Shown here piece by piece: positions 29,953 through 39,490 of a DNA stretch of 64,000 nucleotides. A model generated the notes under the pieces. It did not search any database, had not been told where the DNA came from, and worked only from the letters and a program-made list of their open reading frames with translations. A program made the translations under genes and the position numbers. The stretch comes from Aigarchaeota archaeon (GTDB taxonomy: Archaea; Thermoproteota; Nitrososphaeria_A; Caldarchaeales; Wolframiiraptoraceae): the NCBI GenBank assembly GCA_025058515.1, contig JANXDW010000049.1:2588-66587 (forward strand), in the 5' to 3' direction. Position 1 is the first letter of the stretch. Each line of letters starts with the position of its first letter.

Positions 29953-30384
29953 ATGAAGGCCGTAAAGATTAAAGTTTTAGGTAGAGTGCTCCGTACAGGA
30001 TATAGATGGTATGTAGTAGATATCGCTAGAGATCTAGGCTTAACAGGATATATTGAATTGAATCCTGAAGGGTACTTATCCATCCATGCTCAAGGTGAAG
30101 AAAAAACTTTAGAAGAATTTTTAGGTAAGTTGAAGGATCCCCCTCCACCTTCAAAGGTTATAGAGCTCTCAATAGAGGATGCTAAGCTAGATGGTAAGAT
30201 CAAGTCCTTCACAATTAAGTACGGCACGATTGGAGATGAACTACATGAAGGGTTCGGACCAATTCAGATAACTCTAGAAGAATCTTTCAGGAATATAGAG
30301 AAGAAGCTTGAAGACCTAGAGAATCTTTTAAGTGAGATAAATAAAAAGTTGACCGAGCTATATAGATCTCAGAAAAGTACATAA
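29953..30384 (+). CDS. Acylphosphatase-like domain protein with C-terminal coiled coil
   Basis: VKIKVLGRVLRTGYR…GYIELNPEG has the acylphosphatase-fold pattern (Arg and Asn conserved); tail is a coiled coil. Confidence 0.4.
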   Translation: MKAVKIKVLGRVLRTGYRWYVVDIARDLGLTGYIELNPEGYLSIHAQGEEKTLEEFLGKLKDPPPPSKVIELSIEDAKLDGKIKSFTIKYGTIGDELHEGFGPIQITLEESFRNIEKKLEDLENLLSEINKKLTELYRSQKST

Positions 30385-30501
30385 GAGTAAGAGAGAAGAT
30401 CTTTTAGAAATTCAGATAAATCTTTCTAGAATATTTTCTGTTGTTCAGCTATCAAGAATTAAAAATATCTTTTAAGGATGTATTGCTGATATACTGTAGA
30501 G

Positions 30502-31803
30502 ATGATTAGGATCGGGGTCTTCAGCGATACTCATATAGGTAGAAATATTCCGAGAGTGGTTGGAGATGCTAGAAGAATTGCTTTCAGAGAAGCTTTTAGA
30601 CAAGCCATAGACATCTTCATAAATTCAAGAGTAGACTATGTATTACATTGTGGAGATTTATTTGAGAAGAGAAGTATGTCTGTGGAAGATGTGAACTTTG
30701 TGAAGAACGAGTTCTATAGATTGGTAAAGACCTCCAAAGAGATTTGGGGAAAAGATGTAAAGATCATTGCGATTAGAGGTAATCATGATGGTGCTTTGAG
30801 CAGCTGCGTATTAGAATATGTAACTCACCCTGTAGCTGACTACTTCCAAGTTATTGGAGAAACATTACAAGAAGTTCTCAAATATTATAAAGATGATAGA
30901 ATCCTAGTAGTAGGATTAGGGCACCATCCGCATATAAGAAGTAGAGTTAAGAAACTTATCAAAGAGATAGATAATATTATACAGTCTTCAAGTGATAGGT
31001 TATTTAGGATACTACTACTACATAATTATGTAGAGAATTTTGGAGATATTCCACCATCCACCCCTGAACAATCAGTGGTAGATTTACAAGATCTACGATC
31101 TATAGATGTAGACTTAGTAATTTTAGGTCATTACCATGAAGGATCTAGATTAATCAAGTTTAATGGATCCTCACTCTTAATACCTGGCGCTACCGAGGCT
31201 ATAGATCTAGGTGAAAAAGGACCATTCAAGATCCATCTACTAGATATAGATGAAGACAAGAAGATAGAAGAGAAAGCTATTGAGCTAACTCCATCTCACC
31301 ATATCTCTATCCGGAAAGTGTTCTCTCCAGACCCCAAGCCTCTTGAATGGTTTAAAAATAAGGTATTAGAAGAGATTACTGATTTTATTGCAGAACTCGA
31401 AAAATTGAATATGCTTGGAATTCTTAAAGTTAAGGTCAATGGAGTAGTAACAGACGTAAAGATCTTTTCAAAGATACTATTAGAGGATGAGATAAATGAG
31501 ATTAAAGAGAAGAACTCGAAATTGCTATACCTTGAGATAGAAGAAGATTTAACACCATTAGTTAAAGAAGAGGTTAAGGATGTCTCCACGATCTCAAGTG
31601 AAGAAATGTTCAAAGAATTGTTTAAAGAGCTGGGAGATGAACCCTCAATATTAGAGTTAGTTGATGAGACATCGATAGCATTAGAAGAGAAAGCAAGTGA
31701 GAAGACAGGGATCTTAAAGGATTCTGATAGAGCTAATTTTATAGAGAGATGGGTGAGGATATTGATGAAGAAAGCTGGAGAAGATTATGATAAGACATTG
31801 TAG
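30502..31803 (+). CDS. mre11: DNA double-strand break repair nuclease Mre11
   Basis: Calcineurin-like phosphoesterase motifs: GVFSDTHIG, CGDLFE, GNHD and GHYH. Confidence 0.8.
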   Translation: MIRIGVFSDTHIGRNIPRVVGDARRIAFREAFRQAIDIFINSRVDYVLHCGDLFEKRSMSVEDVNFVKNEFYRLVKTSKEIWGKDVKIIAIRGNHDGALSSCVLEYVTHPVADYFQVIGETLQEVLKYYKDDRILVVGLGHHPHIRSRVKKLIKEIDNIIQSSSDRLFRILLLHNYVENFGDIPPSTPEQSVVDLQDLRSIDVDLVILGHYHEGSRLIKFNGSSLLIPGATEAIDLGEKGPFKIHLLDIDEDKKIEEKAIELTPSHHISIRKVFSPDPKPLEWFKNKVLEEITDFIAELEKLNMLGILKVKVNGVVTDVKIFSKILLEDEINEIKEKNSKLLYLEIEEDLTPLVKEEVKDVSTISSEEMFKELFKELGDEPSILELVDETSIALEEKASEKTGILKDSDRANFIERWVRILMKKAGEDYDKTL

Positions 31804-31821
31804 ATTTGGTGAGTTCAAGTT

Positions 31822-33798
31822 ATGATTGAAGAAGTCTGGTTAAAGAATTTTGAAGGATATGAGAATGTACGTGTCAAGTTTACCGAAGGACTTAACCTCA
31901 TAACAGGTAGAAACTCAGTTGGAAAGACTGCTCTCCTAGATAGTATAGTCTACGGATTATTCGGGGTCGTACCAGGAATAGAGCATAGACTCTTAGTAGC
32001 TCATAGATCTAATGTTAAGGAGACAGAAGTATACATAAGATTTAAAAGCCTTAAGAACCTCAGTAGAATTGAGGTCTACAGAATACTCGAAGTAAAACAT
32101 GGTAGAGCTCAAACAACTTTTACAAAACTCTTGATAGATGGAAAAGAAGTACAGGTTGAGAGTCTAGAAGAATTAAGAAAGAAAGTCAGCTATCTCTTAG
32201 GCGTAGGCTATAGGACGTTTAACTGGATTGTATATTCGAGACAAGGAAGACTTATAGAGATACTTGAGCCTGAGAAGAAGGAGATGGATACAGTACTAGG
32301 TATTAGCTTACTTAGAGAACTTGCAGAACAGATTGAACAAGCTAAGAAGAAGATCTCAAGGATAAATGGTGTAGATGTTGAGTCAGAGTACAGAAATCTA
32401 GTCATGCGGGTTATCCCATTATATGAAGAACGTTTAAGAGAAGTTGAGAAAGATATAGAGGTAACTCTACATGAAATTGAAGAACTGAAGAAAGAGATAG
32501 CATCTGCAGAATCTCCAGTAACCCCTATTTTATTCCAGAAAGTTAGAGAACTAGAAAAATATAGAAACATGTTTTTAGAAGTTAGGAATACTAAGAGAGA
32601 GTTTCTATCTAGATACGGTCTTGAGAATATCACCTCAGTAGCAGTTGAAGAATCTAGACTTAGAGAAGAACTTAAAGATACTTCTGAACGAATAAGCGAG
32701 TTAGAGAAGACCTTAAGTGAAAAGATCTCTGAGCACGCATCTATATCTGGAAGATTGAAGAATGTAAAACAACATCTTCAACAACATAAGCTATTAATTG
32801 AAGAAGGTAGAGCAACATGTCCAACATGCGGTCAAGACATCAACCAACTTAAACTGTTCCAAATAATAAGTGAAGAAGAAGATGAGGTGAGCAACCTTGA
32901 AAAGATCTTACGTGAACTTGAGGAAGATCTGATAGAGTTAAAGAAGAAGTTAGAAGAGGCAAAGAGTTATGAGAAGAAGACTAGGGAGAGAAGAGAGAGA
33001 TTAAATGCTCTTATTGATACTTTTCGAGAACTAGATGAAAGAGAGAACAATATCAATAAATTAATTAGTTTACTTGAAGTCGAGGTATCTGGGATCCTTA
33101 AATCTCTAAATCTTGATGTAGATGTAAAGAGTCCAAGGCTCTATGAAGAGATAAGCTTAAGGATCCCCTCTCTAGAAATGGTTCAATCGAAGAAGGATAA
33201 GCTTAGAATACTTTCTGAAAAATTATCTTCTAGAATAGAGGTTAGAGAGGATATTGTTAAGAGGCTTGAAGGGGAGAAGGCGAAGTTAAGGGAGATAGAG
33301 AAGAAGGCTAATGCGATGAGCTTAGCTAATAATATTAAAGAGAAGTTAGATAAATTAATAGAAGGTAGGCGTGAATCTATACTCAAGGTCTTGGCATCTA
33401 GAGCTCTAGACATATTAAATTCTATGATGGATCAACGAGCTTATCATTCTATCATAATCGATCCTGAGACATATTCTGTTAGTGTACATCCTGTAGGATT
33501 ATTAGGACCTATACCTGCTGTGAGGATTGGTGGAGGACATCAAACTTTGATCTCTCTAGCTCTCCGCTTATCCATACTATCCTTCATCGGCTTCAAACAT
33601 CTAATAATACTTGATGAGCCTACTTATGGTGTAGACCAAGAGAATCTACAACTACTTCTAGAATATCTAACTGAACTGCGAAAATATGTAAAGCAAGCTA
33701 TAATCGTAACCCACTATGGCTATGCGTTAGAAGAAGCAGACAATATAATAACAGTATATAAAGAGGGTGGAATATCTAGAGTTAAGCAAGAACTCTGA
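31822..33798 (+). CDS. rad50: Rad50 ATPase (compact, 658 aa)
   Basis: N-terminal Walker A-like GRNSVGKTALLDSIVYGLFG. A central zinc hook CPTCGQ. C-terminal ILDEPTYGVD Walker B/D-loop. It is translationally adjacent to mre11. Confidence 0.75.
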   Translation: MIEEVWLKNFEGYENVRVKFTEGLNLITGRNSVGKTALLDSIVYGLFGVVPGIEHRLLVAHRSNVKETEVYIRFKSLKNLSRIEVYRILEVKHGRAQTTFTKLLIDGKEVQVESLEELRKKVSYLLGVGYRTFNWIVYSRQGRLIEILEPEKKEMDTVLGISLLRELAEQIEQAKKKISRINGVDVESEYRNLVMRVIPLYEERLREVEKDIEVTLHEIEELKKEIASAESPVTPILFQKVRELEKYRNMFLEVRNTKREFLSRYGLENITSVAVEESRLREELKDTSERISELEKTLSEKISEHASISGRLKNVKQHLQQHKLLIEEGRATCPTCGQDINQLKLFQIISEEEDEVSNLEKILRELEEDLIELKKKLEEAKSYEKKTRERRERLNALIDTFRELDERENNINKLISLLEVEVSGILKSLNLDVDVKSPRLYEEISLRIPSLEMVQSKKDKLRILSEKLSSRIEVREDIVKRLEGEKAKLREIEKKANAMSLANNIKEKLDKLIEGRRESILKVLASRALDILNSMMDQRAYHSIIIDPETYSVSVHPVGLLGPIPAVRIGGGHQTLISLALRLSILSFIGFKHLIILDEPTYGVDQENLQLLLEYLTELRKYVKQAIIVTHYGYALEEADNIITVYKEGGISRVKQEL

Positions 33799-33829
33799 GA
33801 GTTTTATCTTCAGACTCTTGTAGAGTCTG
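33791..33829. terminator. Two consecutive palindromes overlapping/after the rad50 stop: AACTCTgaGAGTT and CAGACTCTtgtaGAGTCTG
   Basis: Read directly from the sequence. They share an ACTCT/AGAGT core with the hemA/hemB palindrome. Confidence 0.3.
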
Positions 33830-33969
33830 TTCTCTAATATCTTCTCTTAATATTTGAAGAGGTGGAGTGTATTAGGTGATTGGAGAGTATTCGTTAGTCT
33901 AGCAGTATCGCAGTAGTTTATGAATCATCATTAATTAAATAATTTGATTGGAGCTGTACCTTAGGTTCT

Positions 33970-34956
33970 CTATATGAATTGGTCTAGGAATCTCAGCCTC
34001 TTAGCTGGATGTGGATGCGTACTAAATATTTCTCCAAGTATACTTGGCTTTTGATTCTTAACCTCTTCTACCAATCTATCTATGTCTTTATAGTATCCTC
34101 TAACCTCTACTTCTGGGTCTGAGATGAAGAATGCTTTGAACTGCTCATATCTCTCTCTATCTCTCCTACCTATCCTCCCTGAGGCGACCATAATCCTAAC
34201 GAGTGCTCTCTGTAGATTTCTTGCACCATTACGTGCTACTCTACTAGAGTGGGCATCTGCGTAATATTCTCTAAGTCTGCTCATGTAGAAGACGAAGAGG
34301 TTGAAGATGAAGCTGAGAGCCATTAAGGCTAAACCCAATAGTAAGGCCACTGCAGTTCCATTTCCTCTATCTCTAGTATCTCTAGACATCCATCCTGAAA
34401 GATAGAGTGTATAGCCTATATAGTAGAGTATCGCAGGTATAATGCTGATCATCATCATAACTACGACGTCTTTATGTTTTAAGTGACCTAACTCATGTCC
34501 AACAACTGCTTCAACTTCTTCTTCATCAAGATTCTTTAGAAGTCCATCTGTTACAGCAACCATATTCCCTGTTAATGGGCTCCCATAAGCAAAAGCATTA
34601 GGTATATCTATCTGAGCTATCATCAATTTCGGTGGCTTATCCATACCGCTCTGTCTAGATAGTCTTTCAACCATTTCGTGGAGCCATGGATATTCATGTT
34701 CTCTAACTTCCCTAACTCTATACACTGCATTGATAATATATGGTCCAACAAGCCATTGGAATATATGGAAGACTACTACAAACCCGATTATCCCGTATAG
34801 CCCGATCTGCTCTAATCCCAAAAAGGTTAAAACCACTACAAGGATAAGCGAAGCTAAAGATGTTATAAGAGCCCATACGCCTATCATCGATAGTCTAAGC
34901 TTCAGTAATGAGACTCTAGCCTCATTTCTAACAGGTCTAGCACCTTCATAAGACAT
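33970..34956 (-). CDS. htpX: HtpX-like M48 zinc metalloprotease
   Basis: HELGHLKHKD (HExxH), multiple TM helices, 328 aa. Confidence 0.8.
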   Translation of the reverse strand: MSYEGARPVRNEARVSLLKLRLSMIGVWALITSLASLILVVVLTFLGLEQIGLYGIIGFVVVFHIFQWLVGPYIINAVYRVREVREHEYPWLHEMVERLSRQSGMDKPPKLMIAQIDIPNAFAYGSPLTGNMVAVTDGLLKNLDEEEVEAVVGHELGHLKHKDVVVMMMISIIPAILYYIGYTLYLSGWMSRDTRDRGNGTAVALLLGLALMALSFIFNLFVFYMSRLREYYADAHSSRVARNGARNLQRALVRIMVASGRIGRRDRERYEQFKAFFISDPEVEVRGYYKDIDRLVEEVKNQKPSILGEIFSTHPHPAKRLRFLDQFI

Positions 34957-35103
34957 TATTCATCCCCTACGATGTACATTGAAGAGAGCCTCGATAAAAA
35001 GCTATCGTATTAAAAACACTCTATATTTTTAGAATTATTAGAATTATATGCCTTTTAAATCTATTTCTCCTAGTCCGCTAACTTCTTCACTTAGTGAGAA
35101 TGT

Positions 35104-36219
35104 ATGGTTAAGACTACCATAAGTGTAATTAAAGCAGATGTTGGCTCGATAGCAGGTCATATGTGTCCATACTCAAAGATGGTGGAGTATGCTAGAGAGA
35201 GATTAAAAGAAGCTGTAGAAGCGAGATTGATTAAAAGCTATTATGTATACTATGTTGGTGATGATATAGGTCTAGTCATAACCCATGATAAGGGGGAAGA
35301 GAATCCTAAAGTTCACGAGCTTGCATGGAACATCTTCAAAGAGATTACTGAGAAGATTAGTAAACCTCTAAAACTTTATGCCGCAGGTCAAGACTTACTT
35401 AAAGATGCTTTTAGTGGGAATATCAAAGGTATGGGACCAGGTATTGCGGAGATAGAATTTGAAGAAAGAGGTTCAGACCCTATTATTGTTTTTGCCGCTG
35501 ATAAGACTAGCCCTGGAGCATGGAATCTACCACTCTACAAGATCTTCGCCGATCCCTTTAATACTGCTGGGCTAATTATAGATCCAGTTCTACATGAAGG
35601 ATTCATCTTTGAGGTTATGGATTTAAGAGAGGGAAAGAACGTTAAACTTAAAACTCCTGAAGAATCATATGATCTCCTCAGCTTGATAGGTACGGTAAAT
35701 AGGTATGTTATCTCCAGAGTCTATAGAGCTCATGATAACGAGATAGCTGCCTCAGCATCTACTACACGATTATCGTATATTGCAGGTAAGTACGTTGGTA
35801 AAGACGACCCAGTCTTGATAATTAGAGCTCAAGCAGGTTTTCCAGCATTAGGCGAGGTACTCGCAGCATTCATCACCCCTCACCTCGTTCCAGGCTGGAT
35901 GAGGGGAAGCCACTATGGACCACTAATGCCAGTGAGTTTTAGGAAGAAGCAAAACATAGTGAGCTACTTCGACGGTCCACCTAGAGTTATAGGAATGGGT
36001 TGGCAGATATCTAATGGTGTACTAGTTGGAGTAGAAGATACTGAGCCTGTTGATCTATTTGATGATCCTGTATGGGAGCATAGTAGAAGGATTGCGACCG
36101 AGATAGCGGTCTATATGAGAACTATGGGTGAAGTAATGCCTGCAAGAGTTGAAGTTGAAGAAATGGAATACACAACTCTACCGAAGGTATTGGAAAAATT
36201 GAAAAATAGGTTTAAGTAA
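35104..36219 (+). CDS. fbp: Fructose-1,6-bisphosphate aldolase/phosphatase (class V FBPase)
   Basis: N-terminal MVKTTISVIKADVGSIAGH is diagnostic for the bifunctional archaeal FBP aldolase/phosphatase; 371 aa. Confidence 0.9.
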   Translation: MVKTTISVIKADVGSIAGHMCPYSKMVEYARERLKEAVEARLIKSYYVYYVGDDIGLVITHDKGEENPKVHELAWNIFKEITEKISKPLKLYAAGQDLLKDAFSGNIKGMGPGIAEIEFEERGSDPIIVFAADKTSPGAWNLPLYKIFADPFNTAGLIIDPVLHEGFIFEVMDLREGKNVKLKTPEESYDLLSLIGTVNRYVISRVYRAHDNEIAASASTTRLSYIAGKYVGKDDPVLIIRAQAGFPALGEVLAAFITPHLVPGWMRGSHYGPLMPVSFRKKQNIVSYFDGPPRVIGMGWQISNGVLVGVEDTEPVDLFDDPVWEHSRRIATEIAVYMRTMGEVMPARVEVEEMEYTTLPKVLEKLKNRFK

Positions 36220-36266
36220 GCTGAGGGGATGAAGAGAAAAAGATAAAATAGAAAATTAATGTAATT

Positions 36267-36443
36267 CTAGAAATCTTCTTTTATTATTGTCTTTCTACCG
36301 TTTGCTTGACATCTTTGAACAGCTTTTTTCACAACTTCTTTTACTACAGAGTCAAGACCATCAAGTGCATCGGATGCTAATCTGATCCCCTCAGGTAGCA
36401 ACTCTCTAACCTTTGACTCTACAATAATTCTTTCTCTCGCCAT
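36267..36443 (-). CDS. Short histone-fold protein (archaeal histone homolog, 58 aa; not in ORF track)
   Basis: Manual translation gives MARERIIVESKVRELLPEGIRLASDALDGLDSVVKEVVKKAVQRCQANGRKTIIKEDF*. This aligns with HMfB (…ERVSDDARITLAKILEEMGRDIASEAIKLARHAGRKTIKAEDIE…) but ends early in alpha-3. Confidence 0.5.
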   Translation of the reverse strand: MARERIIVESKVRELLPEGIRLASDALDGLDSVVKEVVKKAVQRCQANGRKTIIKEDF

Positions 36444-36572
36444 CCTCGATCACTTATTAATAATTCTGAAAACCTACTAATTTAGTTTTTCAAATACATA
36501 TCTAGCAGCCCTTCTAAAGTATTACATTGATATGTTTAAGAGTATGTATATTTAATACCTTTATAATCTATC

Positions 36573-37949
36573 TTGGTAGGTGAAGAGTTGAAAAGCTCAG
36601 CTAGGTTTTCTCCAAATGTCTTTAGAGCGTATGATATTAGAGGAATATATGGAAAAGACTTGACAGAGGATTTAGTGGAGTCTGTAGCATTATCCTATGC
36701 TACAATGCTTGGGAATAGCGGTGAGGTTTTGATAGGTAGAGATGTTAGATTGAGTGGGGAAAGATTGATGCAGAGTGTTTCAAAAGGATTGAGAGAAGGT
36801 GGATGTAATACTGTGAACGTAGGTTTAGTCCCCACCCCTACTAGCTACTTTGGAGTAGTTTGGTGGAAGATGAGTGGTGGAATACAGATTACAGCAAGCC
36901 ATAACCCTCCTGAGTGGAATGGGATGAAGATCATAACAAAAGGAGGTGAAACCATCTCTGAAGGTGCAGGTATGGAGGAATTAAAGAAGATGGTTCTAGA
37001 GGGAGGTTGGAAAAGAGTGGAGAAAAAAGGAGTTGAGGTAAGTAGAGAACTGGTATCTGAGTATGTAGAATTCTTGATGTCAAAAGTGGAGGTTGAAAGA
37101 AAGTTGAAGATTGCAGTAGATTATTCTAATGGTGCTTCAACAATAGTTTTCCCAAAGATCGCAGAACAGCTTGGAGTTGAGGTAGTGGGATTGAACAGTG
37201 AGCCAGATGGTCTTTTCCCTGGACATCTCCCAGAACCAAATGAGGAAACTCTGAGAGATCTTCAAAGAGTTGTAAAGGAAAGTAAAGTCGACTTCGGTGC
37301 AGGCTTCGACGGTGATGGAGATAGAGTAGTATTCATAGATGATAAAGGTAGATTTTTAGCTGGAGATATTACTCTCGCAGTATTTGTTAAGCATCTAAAG
37401 AGGAAAGGAAAGGTCATTTATGATGTAAATTGTAGTTCAGTATTGCGGGAGATAATCTTAGAGAATGGATGCGAGCCCGTAGAGTCAAGAGTTGGAAGAG
37501 CTTTCATGCTCAGAGAGGTACGAAAGCTTGAAGCCGTGATTGGTGGAGAAAAGAGTAACCATATCTACTTCTCAGAGTTATGGGGGTTCGATGACGCTAT
37601 CTACGCATTATTGAAGATGATCGAGATAATCTCTAAGTCAGAGAATAAGCTTTCAGAGATAGTTGATACAATACCCGTCTACCCATCTACCCCTATAATG
37701 GTCTTCGACTGTCCAGATGAGATTAAGTGGAAGGTAGTTGAGGAGATTGCTGAAAAAATGGTAAAGGAAGGATTTAGAATTAGTAGGCTAGACGGTGTTA
37801 AAGTATACTTTGATGATGGATGGATGCTAATTAGACCATCCAATACAATGCCTCAGATAAAGATGTCTGCAGAAGCAAAGACTGAAGAGAAATTAAGAGA
37901 GATAGTTCAATATGGAAAAGAATTGATAAGGAGCACTATAGGTACTTAA
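36573..37949 (+). CDS. Phosphoglucomutase/phosphomannomutase-family phosphohexomutase
   Basis: TASHNPPEWNGMK active-site Ser loop; GFDGDGDR metal-binding loop; 458 aa. Confidence 0.8.
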   Translation: MVGEELKSSARFSPNVFRAYDIRGIYGKDLTEDLVESVALSYATMLGNSGEVLIGRDVRLSGERLMQSVSKGLREGGCNTVNVGLVPTPTSYFGVVWWKMSGGIQITASHNPPEWNGMKIITKGGETISEGAGMEELKKMVLEGGWKRVEKKGVEVSRELVSEYVEFLMSKVEVERKLKIAVDYSNGASTIVFPKIAEQLGVEVVGLNSEPDGLFPGHLPEPNEETLRDLQRVVKESKVDFGAGFDGDGDRVVFIDDKGRFLAGDITLAVFVKHLKRKGKVIYDVNCSSVLREIILENGCEPVESRVGRAFMLREVRKLEAVIGGEKSNHIYFSELWGFDDAIYALLKMIEIISKSENKLSEIVDTIPVYPSTPIMVFDCPDEIKWKVVEEIAEKMVKEGFRISRLDGVKVYFDDGWMLIRPSNTMPQIKMSAEAKTEEKLREIVQYGKELIRSTIGT

Positions 37950-38097
37950 GATCAAGTTTTAGATATGAATGAAGAGCTTGAAATCTTGAAAAATCAGATA
38001 TCCAGAATATTTTAATCTATCTTACATCTAAGCTACACGGATGTACTGAATAGAAAAATCTAAAAAGTTTTTAATTGATAGTCCTTAATTAATCAAT

Positions 38098-38156
38098 GGG
38101 CAGTGATGAGTTCTGGTGATCGGATATTCATGATGAAGGTTAAAAGCCCTGAGCCC
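38098..38156 (+). ncRNA. Candidate C/D-box sRNA
   Basis: In intergenic sequence: GGGCaGUGAUGAg (box C at 38103-38109), then 38110-38128 guuCUGGUGAUCGGAUAUu with a possible degenerate D', then cAUGAUGAa (C' at 38131-38136), then a guide, then CUGA (box D at 38149-38152) and GCCC. A 4-bp GGGC/GCCC terminal stem closes a 59-nt element, typical of archaeal size. Confidence 0.45.
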
Positions 38157-38265
38157 ATCGAACCTTAACTTATTCTAAGATGTACATCTACATAGATAGC
38201 GGTAATGGATATTTATAGAATGACGTTCTTACAGCTAAAACATTGGATAAAGATCTCTAAACAAT

Positions 38266-39108
38266 CTAGATGGGGACCATTCTCTCAAGTAATTCATAAT
38301 CTTCTTGCATCATCTTCCATCCCACCGACCCAAGTATCTCTTCTAGATGATTATAATTCATGGTTCTAGGTATTGCTACTATGTTTTCATGTCTAACCAC
38401 CCAGTTTAAAGCTACTTGAACAGCCGTCTTTCCATACTTTCGCCCAATTCTCTCCAGAATACTTTTATATGGTTCTCTTGCTACTAACCCTTTTGCGAGA
38501 GGTCTATAAGCTATCACGGTTATATTGTTCTCTTTACAGAAGGGTAGAATGTCTTCTTCTATCCCTCTATCAATAATATTGTAGAGTACTTGATTCGATA
38601 CAAGCTCTGTACGAGATAGATAGGACATGGCCTTCTCCATATCTCTTACATTGAAGTTGCTTACCCCTATGAATCTAGTCTTTCCATCTAATACCAATTT
38701 TTCCATAGCCTTCATAGTCTCTCTCAAAGGTACTCCTGGATTTGGCCAATGGATCTGATACAGGTCTACATAATCTATCTTCAGCCTCTTCAAGCTTCCC
38801 TCCATCGCCTTGAGCACATCATCGTATCTAAGATTAGAGCTCCAAACCTTCGTTGCAATAAATAATTCTTCTCGGTCAAATTCTCTTATAGCTTCTCCAA
38901 CAAGCTCTTCGGTATGACCTCCTGCGTACATTTCCGCAGTATCTATAAATTTCATACCCTTCTTTACTGCTAGTCTGATTATCTCTATTGCTTGCTTATC
39001 AGTTGAATAATCTGGTAAGAATCTTCCACCTATCTCCCAAGTCCCAAAACCGAGTACTGGCAGATATACCTCTGTCTTTCCTAGTCTCCTATACTCCATA
39101 CCTCTCAT
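38266..39108 (-). CDS. Aldo/keto reductase
   Basis: AKR fold with the …GFGTWEIGG… and …IDTAEMYAGGHTEE… motifs; 280 aa. Confidence 0.8.
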   Translation of the reverse strand: MRGMEYRRLGKTEVYLPVLGFGTWEIGGRFLPDYSTDKQAIEIIRLAVKKGMKFIDTAEMYAGGHTEELVGEAIREFDREELFIATKVWSSNLRYDDVLKAMEGSLKRLKIDYVDLYQIHWPNPGVPLRETMKAMEKLVLDGKTRFIGVSNFNVRDMEKAMSYLSRTELVSNQVLYNIIDRGIEEDILPFCKENNITVIAYRPLAKGLVAREPYKSILERIGRKYGKTAVQVALNWVVRHENIVAIPRTMNYNHLEEILGSVGWKMMQEDYELLERMVPI

Positions 39109-39490
39109 TAAATTAAGTATCTACGAACATATGAACTATTTTTACATTCTTAAAAATAATCTATAAGTTATCTCCATTCTAATTCACGTCTAAGTTTTTG
39201 AGAAGCGATTTGATTAAGCTACTTAATACTCTCAATTAGGAGATTGATCTAGGTTATCATCTTATAGCTATGCTCGCTTGTTTGGATCTATCCCTTATCG
39301 AAGACTCGGATTAGATAAACGTAGAAGATCTGCGTGCTCTTAATTTTTAAATTTTCTATCTACACGGTCTGAAAATTTTCCACTATTGTTGATAGGAATG
39401 TCTTAACCTTCTCTTTAATTTTTTCATCTTATGCAGTAAACGTAACTTACCAATGCATTTTTAAATAACTCTATAGACAATCCTTCTAAC

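Noticed and set aside
33920-33945. AUGAUGA box-C-like motif on the minus strand upstream of htpX
   Set aside because: No CUGA box D within 60 nt downstream, and no terminal stem.
22205-34951. Antisense ORFs within the radical SAM gene, rpl15e, ychF, rps3Ae, tpiA, proS, mre11, rad50 and htpX (for example 23208..23522-, 24222..24578-, 26598..26807+, 28922..29128-, 31296..31613-, 32208..32633-, 33183..33413-, 34730..34951+)
   Set aside because: All are embedded in higher-confidence genes; no independent evidence.
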